In this document: one piece after another, positions 8,536 through 18,636 of the stretch
Layout: each line of letters starts with the position of its first letter
Numbering within the stretch: position 1 is the first letter of the stretch
Source: a virus
DNA: 64,000 bases
Direction: 5' to 3' (one strand)
Virus record (IMG/VR): IMGVR_UViG_3300037418_003024
Coordinates: 30,732-94,731 of that record
Notes under the pieces: model-generated
Seen by the model: the letters and a program-made list of their open reading frames with translations, nothing else
What the model was told of the DNA's origin: nothing
Database searches by the model: none
Translations under genes and position numbers: made by a program

Positions 8536-11319
8536 GTGCCCACCCTCTACCAAGACATTCCCGGTTGGATGGATTTCGAGACATTGTACGACCAGATTGT
8601 GCCCTCACTGCAACCGGGCGCCATCATCGTCGAAGTCGGGAGCTACTTTGGGCGGTCTGCGGTCTACATGGCCGAACTCTTGGCCGATCGCGAGATGGAA
8701 GTCGAGTTCTACGCAGTCGATGTGTGGAACGTCTCGACCTACGAGCGCGAGGACCATACCGCATACCATGCCAGATTTGGCAGTCAATGGGATGCTTTCC
8801 AGTACAGCATTCAAAGCGCCGGCCTGGAAGATCGCATCAAGCCGATGCGCATGCCGTCGACGGAAGCCGCGGCGAAGTTCGCCGATGAATCTATCGACTT
8901 TCTCTTTCTCGACGCCGACCACGAGTACCCGGGCGTCAGCGCGGATATGGCGGCATGGTGGCCGAAGGTGAAGGTCGGTGGCATCATGGCCGGGCACGAC
9001 TACCACGGGTTCCCGGGTGTTGAGCGCGCCGTGCGAGAACGCTTCGGGCATCTGAAGGCGGTTCACGGAAACTGCTGGATGGTGACGAAGACGCCGGCGG
9101 CTCCGAATGTGAGCGTCCGAGAAGGTGTCATCAATGCCCTCGACCTCTCCATCGTTATCCCCACCTACAACAAAGTCGAGCTCACCGCCCAGTGCTTCGC
9201 GTCGATCGCGCGCAATGTCGGTCGCCTCAAGTACGAAATCATCGTCGTCGATAATGGCTCGACGGACGCGACCAATAGCTTCGTCGGGTCGCACGTCGCC
9301 GGGCAGATCCGCGGGGCGGCACAGGGCACACCGCCGAAGAAAGTCACGCTCCTGCACAACGAGGTTCCCCGGCTGCTCGCGCGGTCGTGGAACATGGGAG
9401 TGGATGCGGCTCGTGGCCGGCAGATACTGATCACGAACAACGACGTTCTGTTCTCTCCCGGCAGCCTGGAATCGATGGTGTGGCTCGCGGATATAAACGA
9501 TTCTGCCGGCGTCGTACTCCCACTCGGCCCGCGCGACGTCGCCGCCGCCCCACGCATTGAGCGCCCGGACACGTCCGATACCCCGGTAGACACTTCTATC
9601 CGCAACATGGAGGCGGTCGAGAAATATTGGGTCGGCCATAAGGCGACCGGCGGCGTGCAGTACCTCAGCGATCCCTACGTACCCCAGGGCGGCTACTGTT
9701 TCGTCCTCACGCGCCGGGCGTGGGAGGCGACTGGTCGATTCGACGAAGAGTATGACTTGACCGCCGAGGACTGGGACTACTTCGCGCGGATGCGACGACA
9801 TTACAAACTCACCCGGTCGACGGACGCGTATGTCGAGCACTTCGAGCATTCGAGCTGCATGGATCTCGGCCTGGAATTCCACGAACGGTTATGCCGAAAC
9901 CGTTTCCGCCTGACTGAGAAGAACGAGCACTGTTACGAGATGTTCTCGATCGTGATGCCGACCTACAACCGCGTCGACGCGCTGCGCCCGGCCATCGACA
10001 GTGTGCTCGCCCAAACGTTCCCCCATTGGCGGCTCTACATTATCGATGACGGTTCGACCAACTGGGACGAGATCCAGGCGCTTTCGAAAGAGTACGCACT
10101 GGCCGCTAACCGCATATGGTGGTTCCATCGGCCGAAGAACGAAGGGCCGGGTTCGGCGCGCAACTGGGGACTGTCGTACACGCGCGGCAAGTATGTCGCG
10201 TTTCTGGACAGTGACGATCTGTGGTATCGCGACCACCTGCAGGCGCATTGGGACGCCCACGAAAACGGACAATGGGCGATGGTCTACAGTGATCCCGATT
10301 TCGCCTGGCGGTGGTGGGACAAGAGCGTCGGGCGGTTCCTCTACCAGAGCGACAAGCACCCGTTCATTGATTACCTCGGAGGGGGCGCGCCATGGTCGCC
10401 TGAACTGCTGCGGCAGCGTTGCTACATCCAGACGTCGGCCGTGAGCGTGTGGGGCAACCTGGCGCGCTCGCTGCGGTTCCCTGAACACATGCGCGTTGAG
10501 GAAGATTGGGAGTACTTCAAGGCCACTGCGGACGTTTTTGGCCCGGGCCGCCCTGTGCTGCACCTTCCTCGGAAAACCTGCCGGTACCACATCGCCCGTA
10601 ACCCGCACGAGGAAGATCACCTGACTCGCGGGTTCGTGCCTCAATCGGTCGATTCTCCGAAGCCGCGACTCATGCTGGACCGTCCGGTAACGGGCGAGAT
10701 CGGCGTCGTCACGCCGACGAAAGAGCGCCCGTGTTGCCTACCTCGCGCGATCTCAAGCGCCGGCGCGGTGCCGGTGGTCGTGGTCGATGATGGCTCCATG
10801 GTCGCGACCGAAGCCTTCGACATTTGCGAGCGGTCGCCAAACGTCTCTCTCCTGCGGTTCGATCGATCGCAGGGTGCGAGCGCGGCCCGCAATATCGGCG
10901 TTGACCGGCTGCAGACGGAGTGGGTGCAGTTCCTCGACGACGATGATGTGTTGACGGCGGACTGGCTCGCACGGCTCCGCCCGCATATGGTGGCCGGTGT
11001 CGACGTAATCATTGGCGCGGCGTACGTTCCTGGTGAGCGCGGTTTGGCCGTGAATAACGACGTGTTCACGTCGCAAATCTGCGTCCGTCGGTCCTGGCTC
11101 ATTGACGCCGGGGGATTCCGGTCGGGTGTCGCGTGGATGGAAGAGCGCGAGCTCATCGAGCGACTGCAAGCGATGGGGGCGAACGTCGTGCGCGAGCCCG
11201 TGCCGACCGTCACGCGCCCTGCTCGCGGTGGATCTGGCGACCCGGCGACGGTGTCCAAACCTGCTCCGGTGCCAGCCTCCGGTCGCCGCGTGGTGGGCAG
11301 GTTCGGAGGTAAGTTCTGA
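8536..11319 (+). CDS. Class I methyltransferase (Methyltransf_24-like) fused to three GT2 domains
   Basis: VEVGSYFGRS, FLDADHEY, GHDY; SIVIPTYN..VVDNGSTD; SIVMPTYNR..IIDDGS..FLDSDD; VVTPT..VVDDGS..FLDDDD; GTG start after GAGG. Confidence 0.88.
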   Translation: MPTLYQDIPGWMDFETLYDQIVPSLQPGAIIVEVGSYFGRSAVYMAELLADREMEVEFYAVDVWNVSTYEREDHTAYHARFGSQWDAFQYSIQSAGLEDRIKPMRMPSTEAAAKFADESIDFLFLDADHEYPGVSADMAAWWPKVKVGGIMAGHDYHGFPGVERAVRERFGHLKAVHGNCWMVTKTPAAPNVSVREGVINALDLSIVIPTYNKVELTAQCFASIARNVGRLKYEIIVVDNGSTDATNSFVGSHVAGQIRGAAQGTPPKKVTLLHNEVPRLLARSWNMGVDAARGRQILITNNDVLFSPGSLESMVWLADINDSAGVVLPLGPRDVAAAPRIERPDTSDTPVDTSIRNMEAVEKYWVGHKATGGVQYLSDPYVPQGGYCFVLTRRAWEATGRFDEEYDLTAEDWDYFARMRRHYKLTRSTDAYVEHFEHSSCMDLGLEFHERLCRNRFRLTEKNEHCYEMFSIVMPTYNRVDALRPAIDSVLAQTFPHWRLYIIDDGSTNWDEIQALSKEYALAANRIWWFHRPKNEGPGSARNWGLSYTRGKYVAFLDSDDLWYRDHLQAHWDAHENGQWAMVYSDPDFAWRWWDKSVGRFLYQSDKHPFIDYLGGGAPWSPELLRQRCYIQTSAVSVWGNLARSLRFPEHMRVEEDWEYFKATADVFGPGRPVLHLPRKTCRYHIARNPHEEDHLTRGFVPQSVDSPKPRLMLDRPVTGEIGVVTPTKERPCCLPRAISSAGAVPVVVVDDGSMVATEAFDICERSPNVSLLRFDRSQGASAARNIGVDRLQTEWVQFLDDDDVLTADWLARLRPHMVAGVDVIIGAAYVPGERGLAVNNDVFTSQICVRRSWLIDAGGFRSGVAWMEERELIERLQAMGANVVREPVPTVTRPARGGSGDPATVSKPAPVPASGRRVVGRFGGKF

Positions 11320-11678
11320 TGCCGTCCGCGTTCACACGGTGGGGAGCGATGAAGCCGGGCCCGATCTCGTCACCCAATAGTTGGCGTCGAGGAGTGGGGT
11401 ATGTCGACAACGTCACGCCTGTCGGCGCCATCGACGGGGTGAACAAGATATACACGCTCGTCGATTCGACTGGAGCGGTGAAAGCGCCAAATCCGGCGGC
11501 GTCGCTGCTTCTACTCGCCGACGGTAATGCCTGCGTGCAGAACGGCCCCGCGGCCGATCCTTCCGGCAATCCGATGTTTACGTACACGTTGAGCGGCGAC
11601 ACGGTCACTTTCAATAATGCGCTGCCGTCGACCGTTGTCACGCTCAAGGCCTGGTTCCGATACAAGCTGGGGAGTTGA
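11319..11678 (+). CDS. Small beta-rich virion/tail-associated protein
   Basis: GAIDGVNKIYTL...YTLSGDTVTFNNA pattern resembles tail-associated repeats; location. Confidence 0.5.
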   Translation: MPSAFTRWGAMKPGPISSPNSWRRGVGYVDNVTPVGAIDGVNKIYTLVDSTGAVKAPNPAASLLLLADGNACVQNGPAADPSGNPMFTYTLSGDTVTFNNALPSTVVTLKAWFRYKLGS

Positions 11679-11680
11679 AA

Positions 11681-13759
11681 ATGCGTTTCGTTCGATACTG
11701 GCTCTTGCTGATTGTCTGTTTAATGCTGCCAGCGTACGGGCAGATGTCCCAGGACCTGGTGCGATTCCGTCCGCCCGTGGCGCCGGATTCCGTGACCGTC
11801 GGCGCTCCGTCCTATTCGGGCACGACGGAGTATCTGCGCTTCTCGCCGCTCTTTTCCGCGACATCGCCGGCGATGTCCGTGCAGCAATACCAATGGCAGT
11901 ATTCGACCGACAGTGGGACGACATGGAAAGGACCGGACGGAACTTCGTCGACCTACTACTTCGCGCCGAGTTATATTAATAGCTTCACGTCCGGCACGAT
12001 GGAGGTGAGGTGTAGGTCCATCACGCCGCAATATCCGTCGGGCGTGGCGTCGGCGTGGGTGACGAGCGCGAACACGACCTACACGTCGCCATCCAGCGGC
12101 GGTGGCACGGTGGTTCCGTTTACGACATGGTCGAGCACAACAACATACACGACGGGGCAGGTCGTCTATGGTTCGGACAATAACCTCTATGTCTCGCAGG
12201 GCAATTCCAACCTGAACAATAATCCGACGCTCGACACCGGTACGAACTGGAAGCTCTGGGGACTTGAGGCCAACCTGACGATGAATTGCGGTGTGGGGCA
12301 ACAGTTTGCCGATACGTTCGCGGCGAGTTCATCGCCTGGGGGAGCAATGTCCCCTGGCATGAACACTGCGATCACCTTCTCTGCCACGGCGGGGGTCGCT
12401 GTCTCGCCTACGGTTGCCACTGCTACCTACCAGCAGGCGAACAATCCATCGACAACTTGCAGTGCCACGGGGTCGACCACAACGCTAGTAACGACGCTCA
12501 ACATACCCCTCTACGCACATATCCTGTTCAAGGGTGACGTGACTGTGGGACTGAAAGGATATACCGGCACAGTAACCGCGAGCACCTATTCGGCTGGAAA
12601 TTACACGCTCACACTCGGCAATATGTTCAGCGGTAGTACGGTTGGATCAGGCAATCCAGGAGTGGTTGCGCTCCCGTCCGCGCCAGTCGGTGGGGATACC
12701 TTTTGGTACACACCGTTCTATGGGAGTAACCGAATACTATTTAACTCCCTGGCGATCGGGCAGAACGCGAAGGTGCTCGGTAGCACTTCCAATCCGGTTT
12801 GCCCGACAGCTCTCCCGTCCGTGACGTTTTCCGGAACCGGCGGGACTGGTTGGGCGATCGGGCCGCCAAACTATTTTGCTGTCTCCTACACCTACGTGGA
12901 CAATTCCGGGACGACCCGAGAAACCCTTCCTGGCTCGGTTGTCTCACAAACCGCATCGAGCGGTCAACAGCCCACCGTCGCCTCCTTCACGCTGCCGACC
13001 GGGATCGCCGGCGCCAAGCTGTACGCGTCGGAGACATTAAACGGGACACTCTACTACCAGGCAACTTTTACAATCTCAGGAGGTGTCGCCCAGGCGCTCT
13101 CAGTCCCCGCCTACACGACATCAAGCTACGCCGCCGCGACAACGATGCCTGACGTGGCTACCTACCCGTGCGCGATCGGTGGAAATCCCCTCTCAAACCA
13201 AGGGCTAATCAATATCCAACCATACGGGCAAAGCTACGCCGCCAATACGGTGAGCTATATAAGCGGACTCACTCTCTATGGGCTAGGTTCGGCAGGGAAC
13301 TCTTCAGCCTGTGGTGTGGTGATGGCCTTCAACTGCGCGAGCAAGATTCTAAACTGCGTGCTCGCGGGATGGGGTACAGCCAGTGGCTCTGTCGGTGGAA
13401 ACGCCATAATCACCGAGTACGGCAAATCGGCTGTTTACCTGCAGAACGACGAGATCAGTAACTCCTATACCGGGTTTTGCATGTTCTCTGGTTCCGGGCT
13501 CACGCGAAACATTCGCATTTATAACTGCGATTACGGAATACTCTGTGATTCCTCCGGCAGTTCAGGCGACGTTGAGGGCGCGAACGTCTGGGCGACGTAT
13601 GGATTCTACTCTCGATATAGCAGCACTCTCTACACGACGCCGTACCAGCCGACGAACGGGACTGCCGTTCCAACGTATGGTTGCTCGACTGCCTCTTCCC
13701 CCGGTTTTAATGCCCTTGGAACTGGGCAGCAGGCCGGATCAATCAACTATAACGACTAG
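11681..13759 (+). CDS. S/T-rich tail fibre/spike-like protein with N-terminal signal peptide, CBM5/12-like module and C-terminal beta-helix-like region
   Basis: MRFVRYWLLLIVCLMLPAYG-Q; WSSTTTYTTGQVVY..LYVS..NP...WKLW; repeated N/G/I beta-helix-like turns. Confidence 0.6.
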   Translation: MRFVRYWLLLIVCLMLPAYGQMSQDLVRFRPPVAPDSVTVGAPSYSGTTEYLRFSPLFSATSPAMSVQQYQWQYSTDSGTTWKGPDGTSSTYYFAPSYINSFTSGTMEVRCRSITPQYPSGVASAWVTSANTTYTSPSSGGGTVVPFTTWSSTTTYTTGQVVYGSDNNLYVSQGNSNLNNNPTLDTGTNWKLWGLEANLTMNCGVGQQFADTFAASSSPGGAMSPGMNTAITFSATAGVAVSPTVATATYQQANNPSTTCSATGSTTTLVTTLNIPLYAHILFKGDVTVGLKGYTGTVTASTYSAGNYTLTLGNMFSGSTVGSGNPGVVALPSAPVGGDTFWYTPFYGSNRILFNSLAIGQNAKVLGSTSNPVCPTALPSVTFSGTGGTGWAIGPPNYFAVSYTYVDNSGTTRETLPGSVVSQTASSGQQPTVASFTLPTGIAGAKLYASETLNGTLYYQATFTISGGVAQALSVPAYTTSSYAAATTMPDVATYPCAIGGNPLSNQGLINIQPYGQSYAANTVSYISGLTLYGLGSAGNSSACGVVMAFNCASKILNCVLAGWGTASGSVGGNAIITEYGKSAVYLQNDEISNSYTGFCMFSGSGLTRNIRIYNCDYGILCDSSGSSGDVEGANVWATYGFYSRYSSTLYTTPYQPTNGTAVPTYGCSTASSPGFNALGTGQQAGSINYND

Positions 13760-13767
13760 GAGGCGCA

Positions 13768-14019
13768 ATGTCACTACCGGATTGGGCGATCGGACTGAAT
13801 CAGACGGACGGTTGCGGTACGACGTGGAAACTCGACAGCGACCTGACCGTAGCAACAATGGACGGCGAGATCGAGGTGACGCGAACATCAAGCGCTACGG
13901 TGACGGTGAACCCCGATCAGTCGGTGACATTCCCGTGCCCTGGATGCGGGAAGTCGATCACGAGGTCGGAAAGTGATGGCCCGGTCAACATCTCGCAAGG
14001 ACTTGATCTGTCCACGTGA
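13768..14019 (+). CDS. Small hypothetical protein with CPGC motif
   Basis: AGGAGG RBS, 83-aa ORF. Confidence 0.55.
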   Translation: MSLPDWAIGLNQTDGCGTTWKLDSDLTVATMDGEIEVTRTSSATVTVNPDQSVTFPCPGCGKSITRSESDGPVNISQGLDLST

Positions 14020-14051
14020 TATCCCACTAACCCGCGTGTCTACTTCTCATC

Positions 14052-16520
14052 GTGAGAGTAGACACGCTCCTCGAAGTAGACATTAACGCCCTGCGCGCCG
14101 TTTTCCCGATGGAGGTCAAGCCGTTCTTCAGCACGACCGACTTCGTGGGGGAGTACGCGAGCAGCGGGTTCCCGCGGTACGATGCCTCCGGCCTCGTCCA
14201 GAGTGCACAAGATGGCACGCAGGCCGGGATGGAATTCGATCCTATCGCGAAGGTGGTTCACCCGCGAGCGGTCTTTCTCCCCCACGATCAGAAGTTCGCC
14301 GCATTCAACCCCGGCGGCTATGACTACACTGATCGCGACTGCTTCAGCTCCGACTCAGGCAATCCTTACTTCTTCTGGGCGATGCCTCCACGCGAATCGG
14401 TCGGCACGGCGGACTACTCGTTGCCGGACCCCGCCGAACCCGGCTTTCAGGCACTCAGGTTCGATACCGCTGACGGCAACCCATTCGCCGTTCTGCTCGA
14501 CGGCGCCCCATGTATCGCCTCCCAAGCGTACACCGGTTTCATGAAGTTCGGGCCGCCTGGTAATCTTGGCGGCTACATCAGCGCTGCCGGATATCGATGG
14601 CGAGTTGTGGGATCGAGCCGCGGAACGTATCGGTGGTTCGAGGTCACATGGCAATCGGGCGATGGCGTATGGTTCCGGTACAACGACGTGAACGACGCTG
14701 ACGGGTCGCCGGACGATAATTACTGGGTCGACGTCGACCAGATTGGGCAGGGGTCACAGGTTTCAGACACCCTGAGCACCCAGTACGCCCCGAACACTGG
14801 CGACGATCCGAACGCCGGAGATCCCCCAGTCCATACCATCTACGTCAAGGTGATGGGTGGATTGATGCAGGTCACCATCGACAGCGATGTGACGCCGTAT
14901 GTTTGGACGCTTGATCTTGCGGACAGCGTCGGTGAACCGGACTGGGTGATCGACTGGTGGCAAATGATCGCCTTCGACATCCTCATGGTCGAGTGGTCCG
15001 TCCATGCGACGAAGTGGCGGGCCTCGGCCGCGATCGCGTCCAATGAAATCAACCTGGGCTTTGTCCCGTCCAGTGGACAACTCAGCACGATGCTGCTTCG
15101 GGCTCATTACTTGCCCACCTACCGCCAGTCGGACGGCTCCGCTGCGCCGTACACAAACTACGTGCATGTCGGATTTAGGCCGGACGGTACCGGCGCGGAT
15201 CTCGAAACATGGTCCGTCAACGGCGTTCTTTACCAATATCTTCTGACGATCAATAACATAGAAACAGGTACGTGGAAGGGATTCGCCTATGCCGACTTCA
15301 CGGCTGCCGTTCATGCGGTGACGATCGACTTCGCTGCCAGCACCTATTCTAAGGTCCAGGCTCCTACCGTGCTCGGCACGCTCGGCGCGCCTCCTAACCC
15401 CCAATCGATCGAAATCACCAAAACGTTCGACCTGGACCGCCTCACGATTACGTCAACGTGCGCGATGACGTTCCGGAACTTCACGGGCCTCTGGACGAAC
15501 TGGAACAACAACGGCATCGTGGATATGCACGGCCATATGGCCGCACAGGTGAACTTGGGTATTGGCGCCTACGGCACGACGCGATCGGAATTCCTCGGGA
15601 TCTGGAATACGCGGTTCACGAACGATTGGAAAGGCGGGGGGAACGACGACGTTACGATCTTTGGTGACGACATCTCACTGATGCTCCGCGTCCCGGCGTT
15701 CAACCTGCCGTGGATGGATGGCTGGAACGTGTACTACGCTCTGGCGTTCCTCGCGGCCATGGGCGGCATCACGCTTAACCAGCTTGCATTCGCGACCTAT
15801 GTTCCCGCCAACCCCTACGACCCATCGCCTGGACTGGTGCAGCAATATTATCTCCCGACCGGGCCGGCAGGGACGGCGCTGACGCGGTTTACGGGTGGTC
15901 AACTGATCTGGGATATCATGCTCAAGATCGCCCAGAGCATTGGCTTTATGCTCTTCTTCGGGGTCGACGGTTATCTCTACTTCTTCAAGTTCGGGCTGGT
16001 AGGCATACCGTCAATCGTCAAGACGTTCAACTACGTCGCTGGAGCGTATGGCGGCGGTGCCGGCCTCGACGAGATCTTCATGGGAACGTACGAGTCTGGC
16101 CTCTACGAAACACGAAACAGTGTCACGGTAATCGGCGTGTCCGCGCTCGGTCCACTTTGGAATCCGATTGTCGCGTGGGACACAGACACGGACAGTGTCT
16201 ATAACGACTACGTCTGGAATTACAAAGGGTATTTCGATCCCACGGTATGGGTCGATAACATCTTCGCCGACCAGGCGTTTGCTGGCGTCGCGGCGGAATC
16301 GCTTCTCAACTTCCTGCGACTGCCGGATAAGAGCTTGAAGTTCTCGACCTGGTACCCGGGCGATATCGGCGTCTACCCGAACATGTTCATCAACATCGTC
16401 AATCCGCGGTCGAGCGCGTCCAACTTCACCTTCTTTGTAGTCGGCACGCACGTCACCGTCGGCAAGGGCAAGATCCCGCAAATGGACATCACGGCCCGCA
16501 TCGTGCCACAACTCTATTGA
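14052..16520 (+). CDS. Large tail/baseplate hub-like structural protein
   Basis: 822 aa, aromatic beta-rich; IWDIMLKIAQSIGFMLFFGVDGYLYF and RNSVTVIG resemble tail-tip hub proteins; precedes lysis genes. Confidence 0.6.
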   Translation: MRVDTLLEVDINALRAVFPMEVKPFFSTTDFVGEYASSGFPRYDASGLVQSAQDGTQAGMEFDPIAKVVHPRAVFLPHDQKFAAFNPGGYDYTDRDCFSSDSGNPYFFWAMPPRESVGTADYSLPDPAEPGFQALRFDTADGNPFAVLLDGAPCIASQAYTGFMKFGPPGNLGGYISAAGYRWRVVGSSRGTYRWFEVTWQSGDGVWFRYNDVNDADGSPDDNYWVDVDQIGQGSQVSDTLSTQYAPNTGDDPNAGDPPVHTIYVKVMGGLMQVTIDSDVTPYVWTLDLADSVGEPDWVIDWWQMIAFDILMVEWSVHATKWRASAAIASNEINLGFVPSSGQLSTMLLRAHYLPTYRQSDGSAAPYTNYVHVGFRPDGTGADLETWSVNGVLYQYLLTINNIETGTWKGFAYADFTAAVHAVTIDFAASTYSKVQAPTVLGTLGAPPNPQSIEITKTFDLDRLTITSTCAMTFRNFTGLWTNWNNNGIVDMHGHMAAQVNLGIGAYGTTRSEFLGIWNTRFTNDWKGGGNDDVTIFGDDISLMLRVPAFNLPWMDGWNVYYALAFLAAMGGITLNQLAFATYVPANPYDPSPGLVQQYYLPTGPAGTALTRFTGGQLIWDIMLKIAQSIGFMLFFGVDGYLYFFKFGLVGIPSIVKTFNYVAGAYGGGAGLDEIFMGTYESGLYETRNSVTVIGVSALGPLWNPIVAWDTDTDSVYNDYVWNYKGYFDPTVWVDNIFADQAFAGVAAESLLNFLRLPDKSLKFSTWYPGDIGVYPNMFINIVNPRSSASNFTFFVVGTHVTVGKGKIPQMDITARIVPQLY

Positions 16521-16595
16521 TGCCCGAGCACGCGTGATAGTCCCCTCAATTCCCCTGTCTACTTACTGTCAGACCAATCGAGGGAGTTACGCCAC

Positions 16596-16820
16596 ATGTC
16601 CGACCGCGAAGAGGCTGTGTTCTTGAATGCAGTTCGATCGCTCGAAAAGACCGTCGAGAGACTTGCGACGACCGTGGAAAAGCACGGGGAGCAACTAGCG
16701 GCCATGGAGGCGAGGCATCAACAGGCTACGCACAACCAGCTGCTTATTGCCACGATCGCCAGTGGATTATTCTGCGGTATCGGCGTTTTCATCCTCGATC
16801 ATCTTCATCTGTTCCATTGA
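16596..16820 (+). CDS. Coiled-coil + C-terminal TM protein (holin-like)
   Basis: Short coiled coil then hydrophobic helix; upstream of the putative endolysin. Confidence 0.55.
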   Translation: MSDREEAVFLNAVRSLEKTVERLATTVEKHGEQLAAMEARHQQATHNQLLIATIASGLFCGIGVFILDHLHLFH

Positions 16821-16875
16821 TCTGAGTCGACGCCTCGGCGTCTATGAGGATTGAAACCACCAAGGGGGCAAAACC

Positions 16876-17259
16876 ATGTCCGAACCTACTACTCCGTCGC
16901 CCACAGCGGCGGCGCCATCGTTTGAGCCGCAAAGCTGGCTTTCGGCTCACCTGGGCCTCGACAAGCATCCCGACCTCGAATCGACCGTCAACAAAGTGCT
17001 CGGCACTGCGGCGGCCGCCGCCGGCGCGGATGTGAACGCCGCGGTTTCGCAGGCAGTATCGTCCGGCACGATCACGCAGCCGGAGGTCGTGAATACGGCC
17101 GTCACCGCGCTCAAGGACGCCGGCGCGACGATCAGTGCGTCCGACGTCACACTCGTCATCGACGCCATCATCGACCATGTGCCGGTCATGAACTCGATGG
17201 AGCGCATCGTTGCCAAGACGCTCGCGAACGGGCTCATCGGGCTGATCTTTCACAAGTAG
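16876..17259 (+). CDS. Hypothetical lysis-region protein
   Basis: 127-aa Ala/Val-rich ORF with RBS. Confidence 0.5.
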   Translation: MSEPTTPSPTAAAPSFEPQSWLSAHLGLDKHPDLESTVNKVLGTAAAAAGADVNAAVSQAVSSGTITQPEVVNTAVTALKDAGATISASDVTLVIDAIIDHVPVMNSMERIVAKTLANGLIGLIFHK

Positions 17260-17299
17260 TCGCGCCGGCGCTTTTAGCGCGTCGGTGAGGATTGAAACC

Positions 17300-17914
17300 A
17301 TGGGAAAAGGCCTCGATTCCGCATCGTCGCTCATGGGGCTCGGCCCGCAATTGCGGCAGCTTGGCTTCTCCTGGGTCGAGCGCTATCTGTACAAGCCGGG
17401 CACGTCGCGTTTCAAGCAACTTCTGACAAAGTCGGAGGCGATTGACCTCTCTAAAGCCGGGCTGTACATCGTCACGGTATGGGAGAGCGGGTATCCGACC
17501 ACGCCGGACTACTTCACCTCGGCGCGCGGGCATGACGACGCGGCGATGGCCTACGACCTGGCGTTCGCTTGCGGGCAACCGACCGCGACGCCGATACGGA
17601 TGGCCTGCGACGGCGACATGGATCCTGCCGCCGTCATCGACTATTTCGAAACCGCCACCCTGCTGTTTAAAAAACTGGGTGGCCGTTATCGCCCTGGCGT
17701 GTACGGAAGCGGCGCAGTCATTGAGGCACTCGTATCCCGCGGGATCGTGCTTCCGGGCGACGTGCAGCTCGCCCAGTCTAAGGGTTGGCAGCACTACTCC
17801 GACGAAGAGGCGCGGGCGGCGATTGTGCAGGGCGTTGAGGCAACGATTCTCGGCCGAGACATCGATCTCGACTTCTCGAATGGTGCGGCGGGGGGCTGGA
17901 GAATCGCCGTGTGA
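17300..17914 (+). CDS. DUF1906 (GH25-like) glycoside hydrolase, putative endolysin
   Basis: RYL..K.LTKSEA..L..AGL.IVTVWE; MACDGD; PGVYGS; DIDLD. Confidence 0.8.
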   Translation: MGKGLDSASSLMGLGPQLRQLGFSWVERYLYKPGTSRFKQLLTKSEAIDLSKAGLYIVTVWESGYPTTPDYFTSARGHDDAAMAYDLAFACGQPTATPIRMACDGDMDPAAVIDYFETATLLFKKLGGRYRPGVYGSGAVIEALVSRGIVLPGDVQLAQSKGWQHYSDEEARAAIVQGVEATILGRDIDLDFSNGAAGGWRIAV

Positions 17915-18007
17915 GTTTGGCGTGCTGATGCGCGCCTCTAGGTGCTGCGGCCGGCGCTGATCGCGCCCCCTGGCCACGTCGGTCGCGGCATTTTTGGAAA
18001 CGGACCA

Positions 18008-18574
18008 ATGGAATTGCTGACTGCTGTTGTTGGCGGGATGATCGGATTCCTAGGCCACCACATTCTTTTCGGGAGAAAAATTATGTCACAGCTTGATGAT
18101 CTGGCCGCCGCGCAAGCGCGGGAGGCCGCCAATATACAGGCCCTCGCGTCGGGGTTGCAGGCCCTTTCCGACAACCTCACGAAGACGCTCGGCGATATGA
18201 AGACGGCCGTCGATGCGTCGAAGGTTTCCGGTAACACGCCGGATCTCACCGGGTTCATCGAAGTGGCTCAGAAGAACGCCTCGGCGATCGGTCAGGCGAT
18301 CACGGACCTCAACGCCATTCAGGCGACGGTGGTCGCTGCCGACCCGTCCGCATCCGTCGCCGTGCCCGAACCCGTTGCGGAAGCGCCGGCAGCACCGGCA
18401 GCCGATACGGCGGCGGATCCCGCGCCGGTGTCCGATGCTCCGGTGAGTGGTGATACGACCGCGGAGGCGCCGTCGACCGAGTCGACCGACGCGACGACGC
18501 CCGAAGTCGCGACCGAGACCGCCACCACGGGCGCGACCACGTCCGAGGCGCAGGGCGAACAGCCGGGCAACTAA
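18008..18574 (+). CDS. N-terminal TM + coiled coil + acidic disordered tail (possibly spanin-like)
   Basis: Sequence composition; last gene of the lysis block; start uncertain (18008 or 18083). Confidence 0.45.
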   Translation: MELLTAVVGGMIGFLGHHILFGRKIMSQLDDLAAAQAREAANIQALASGLQALSDNLTKTLGDMKTAVDASKVSGNTPDLTGFIEVAQKNASAIGQAITDLNAIQATVVAADPSASVAVPEPVAEAPAAPAADTAADPAPVSDAPVSGDTTAEAPSTESTDATTPEVATETATTGATTSEAQGEQPGN

Positions 18575-18603
18575 GTCTCGCAATCGATTGTGGTTAAAAT
18601 AGA

Positions 18604-18631
18604 ACAGCCTCCGGCCGAAACCGGAGGCTGT
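18604..18631. terminator. Hairpin between convergent lysis and integrase genes
   Basis: ACAGCCTCCGG-CCGAAA-CCGGAGGCTGT perfect 11-bp stem. Confidence 0.75.
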
Positions 18632-18636
18632 GCGTG

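Noticed and set aside
4545-11258. Long minus-strand ORFs over the glycosyltransferase cluster
   Set aside because: GC-rich antisense shadows without motifs, opposite well-supported genes
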